DNA of 63,507 nucleotides, filler included, from Octopus bimaculoides (taxonomy: Eukaryota): the NCBI RefSeq assembly GCF_001194135.2. It is 5 parts of 4 records of this genome, joined end to end, with 100 filler letters (N's around TTAATTAATTAA, not from the genome) between each part and the next. Parts side by side here need not be neighbours in the genome. Positions count along the whole stretch, not along the records: positions 60,648 to 63,507 come from NC_068981.1; 4 more parts are not named here. One strand, given 5' to 3'. The notes beneath the pieces are model-generated. The model searched no databases, had not been told where the DNA came from, and saw only the letters and a list, made by a program, of their open reading frames with translations. This document shows positions 60,687 to 63,507 of this stretch, in pieces. Position numbers and translations under genes: made by a program. Within the stretch, counting starts at the first letter, position 1, and the number at the start of each line of letters is the position of its first letter.

Positions 60687-63364
60687 CACACACACCAAAT
60701 ATCTATGCGTGTTGATATTTCAATATACATATTTATTCGTGTATATGACTGAAGAGCGCGTCTTGAAACTATGTATGTTGTCCTGTTGTTTGCGTCATTA
60801 CAGTCAAAACTAATATCATTTCAGTTGGGACGCATAATGTGAAACTCCAAAACATTTGATATTCAAATATCTAATAACTCTGTAATAGATTCAATGTTAT
60901 TTACGTATTTTCCGTTATTGTTTGTTTGCCGCTCTTTTTCATTTATTCTTTTTTTATATTTTCAATGTCGCTTCCGTTGCGTGTTCAAACACTGTCATGT
61001 TCTGATCTTTAGAGTCAGCCTTTAGATAATCATGGCTTAAGTGTTGCTCTACACCTATTATTTGCCGTTTCAATATTTGCTGCACAACCACAACCGTTGA
61101 TTCTTCTTGCAGAAGAATTTCATTTAATGATACATTTATACTCATTAGCAATTATTTAAATTCTTCGTGCATATGATAAATATTAATATCATATGTTTTT
61201 ATTTCAGTGTCTTCATATGTATAGTTAAAAAAATCAAAACAACAATATATATGATATACACATCTGATGGGTCACATCACGTAGAAAACCATGTAAAATT
61301 TGGTGAAACGATATTTGAAGTGAAAAAGTGTCAAATAATCTAAGTTTATCACATTAATTTCTTTCTGCTGATCGCGTTTTCTTTTACACTGTTCATGTTC
61401 GGGACAATTTCCTATATACAGCCAGATAGTTTTATGTATTTATGGAGAAACAATAAAGCTGAATGGCTAAGAATTCTGTTCGTTAGCCACAACGTCTTCA
61501 GTTCGATATCAGTGGTTGGCATCTTGGACAATTGTATTTTCCTATTGCTTCAGTTGGGTTCTTTCCTTGGGCGTAGAACACTTTTGGGGCCCATTTCAAA
61601 AAAGACCTTCAGCTGTAACACTTTGGCTCAGAAAATAGTATTGGTGATATCAGTAGAGATAATATCAATAATACTGCAGATATCAGTGCAGCTCGTCACA
61701 ATTTTACTAACGAATTTGATATTCTACAGAACTCGACAGAGAATACGATGCCGAATGGACCCTGGGACTCTAATGCCTCAGACCTGGAATGTACCTTCAG
61801 AGTTCCCACAGAACTCTCTCTAAAGGTATGCTGGGTACAAATTACTCACAGAGACATGCTCGAATGCTTATGATATCTAGGTACCAGTAAATTAGATCTC
61901 CACAATAAATCCGACTATGTCCCATCACTCAACCAGTAGAAGTTATGATGAATCCTATCAGGCAGCGCTACTCTGTGCATAGGCATCCTTTCTCCAATCC
62001 TACACTTTATTTCCCACTTTTACAAGTGGAGACATTCATTACTTAGCGAATAGAAATATTCACTATGTATTAAAATGATCGATGATGGAATACGTCCCAA
62101 CCGGCCGATTGGGGGTGCACTTGTCGACTATGTATTGAAGAGTGGTTGGAGATTATATTAGTTAACAATCCTGCTTATCTTTATTTATGCTTCTACTTGC
62201 AGCGGCATTCACTCGGAGTGGGTTGAGCCGGCTCCGACCAACGAGTCCACCACGTCCCTCACGAATGCTGACAACATCCGATCGTCAGCTGTAGTCGAGG
62301 CGGATAGCGCGTATGCCGTAACCTTAGTCGCCATTCGATATTAAGGTGAAGAGTTCATGTTCTGGACATTAGTTATGCATATCCACTTACTTAACACGAA
62401 TGTTTTGGGGTTACTGCATACAAGAAACATTCTAGCACTACAAGATTGGCAATAACCTTGACTACAATGGCTTTTATTGTTACTCATACAAAAATTAAAG
62501 ACTATACAATATTCTACATTTGTACACCTTCTGTGATTATATCCTTGCATCGAACCATTTCTGTCATTTTGTCTACTGAGTATATAAATCTTATGCACGC
62601 TTGTATAAAATGCATTACAACAGAATATCGGGGACTACCACATTCCTCATGGAATATTATTACACTAAACAAATGATTATATAATGCACCGACCTGTTTA
62701 AATTTTGATGATATATATATGTGTGTTCGTGTGTATGTAGGTGCATGTGGGGTATACATGTGTGATATGAGTGTTGTTATGTATGAATGCATTTAAAGTG
62801 ATCTAATGTACTATGTGATAGTATCTCAAGGCGAAATAGCTCAAATACGTTGGAGTAAAGACTTGTCATAGGAATCTGAAATTGCAATAAGTCACAGTGG
62901 CCTGAGATCATATTCTATGAGATGTATGTAAATGTGCCTGCGCGCACGTGTGTGAATATGAACATTTCAACGTATACGCATAACTTAATATTTCAAGTCG
63001 CTCTTCGTTTCATGAGCGCTTATATATCTTCATACAGCTATTCTAAATTTCATTTTGTTCATTAACATTATCAATTTAGCACAAATCTTTTCGTCATAAT
63101 TCAAAGATATTTTACCATAATATTAATTTAACAATCCAGTTTTGAAAGGGAATTTTAACTTCTATTTTAATATGAATATCGGTCATTCGAGTATTGTTTG
63201 AAAATTCATCGTATTCGTGTTTCTCGTACTTGTGTTTCGAGTCTTCATACATCAACATTTTAAAATCATGATGCATAAGATATTAACATTTGTTTACGAT
63301 TCTTTTTTAAATTGCTGATGATGTGTGATACGTCTATATACATTTGTACGTAAATAGATACTTT

Positions 63365-63412
63365 CACACACACACACACACACACACATACACACACACA
63401 CACATGAATATA

Positions 63413-63507
<95 letters not shown>
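63365..63507. repeat. Compound (CA)n(TA)n(TG)n microsatellite
   Basis: Direct reading. Confidence 0.95.

Noticed and set aside
60735-60775. CTGAAGA...TTGAAAC hammerhead-like words
   Set aside because: No convincing stem I or stem II pairing.

Overview
AT-rich, microsatellite-saturated animal genomic DNA from a fragmented draft assembly: 23 N-runs, about 10 kb of the 63.5 kb. Four of the runs are artificial 100-bp spacers (44N-TTAATTAATTAA-44N), so the window is five stitched pieces. The SINE and microsatellite landscape looks like a coleoid cephalopod, most likely Octopus (inference from pattern recognition, not a database hit). No intact protein-coding gene, rRNA, true tRNA or CRISPR array can be supported, and almost all ORFs in the track are gap or microsatellite artefacts. 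Supported content: (1) four tRNA-derived SINE families, about 30 copies or fragments; (2) DNA-transposon relics: a fold-back mariner whose right end is an inverted copy of its left end, a D34D mariner, a DD41D (rosa-type) element, a mariner MITE and a Merlin/IS1595-type transposase; (3) CR1-like and Penelope-like (GIY-YIG) retroelement relics; (4) several distinct hammerhead-ribozyme motifs of the minimal type I form typical of Penelope-like elements, the best at 45407-45449; (5) a perfect 72-bp inverted duplication 1.06 kb apart with a nested second inverted repeat; (6) a roughly 7.9-kb CpG-dense (ACGA/ACGT)n satellite with higher-order repeats and an abrupt strand-polarity switch at 56710/56711. 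A few short exon-like segments are given only as low-confidence leads.
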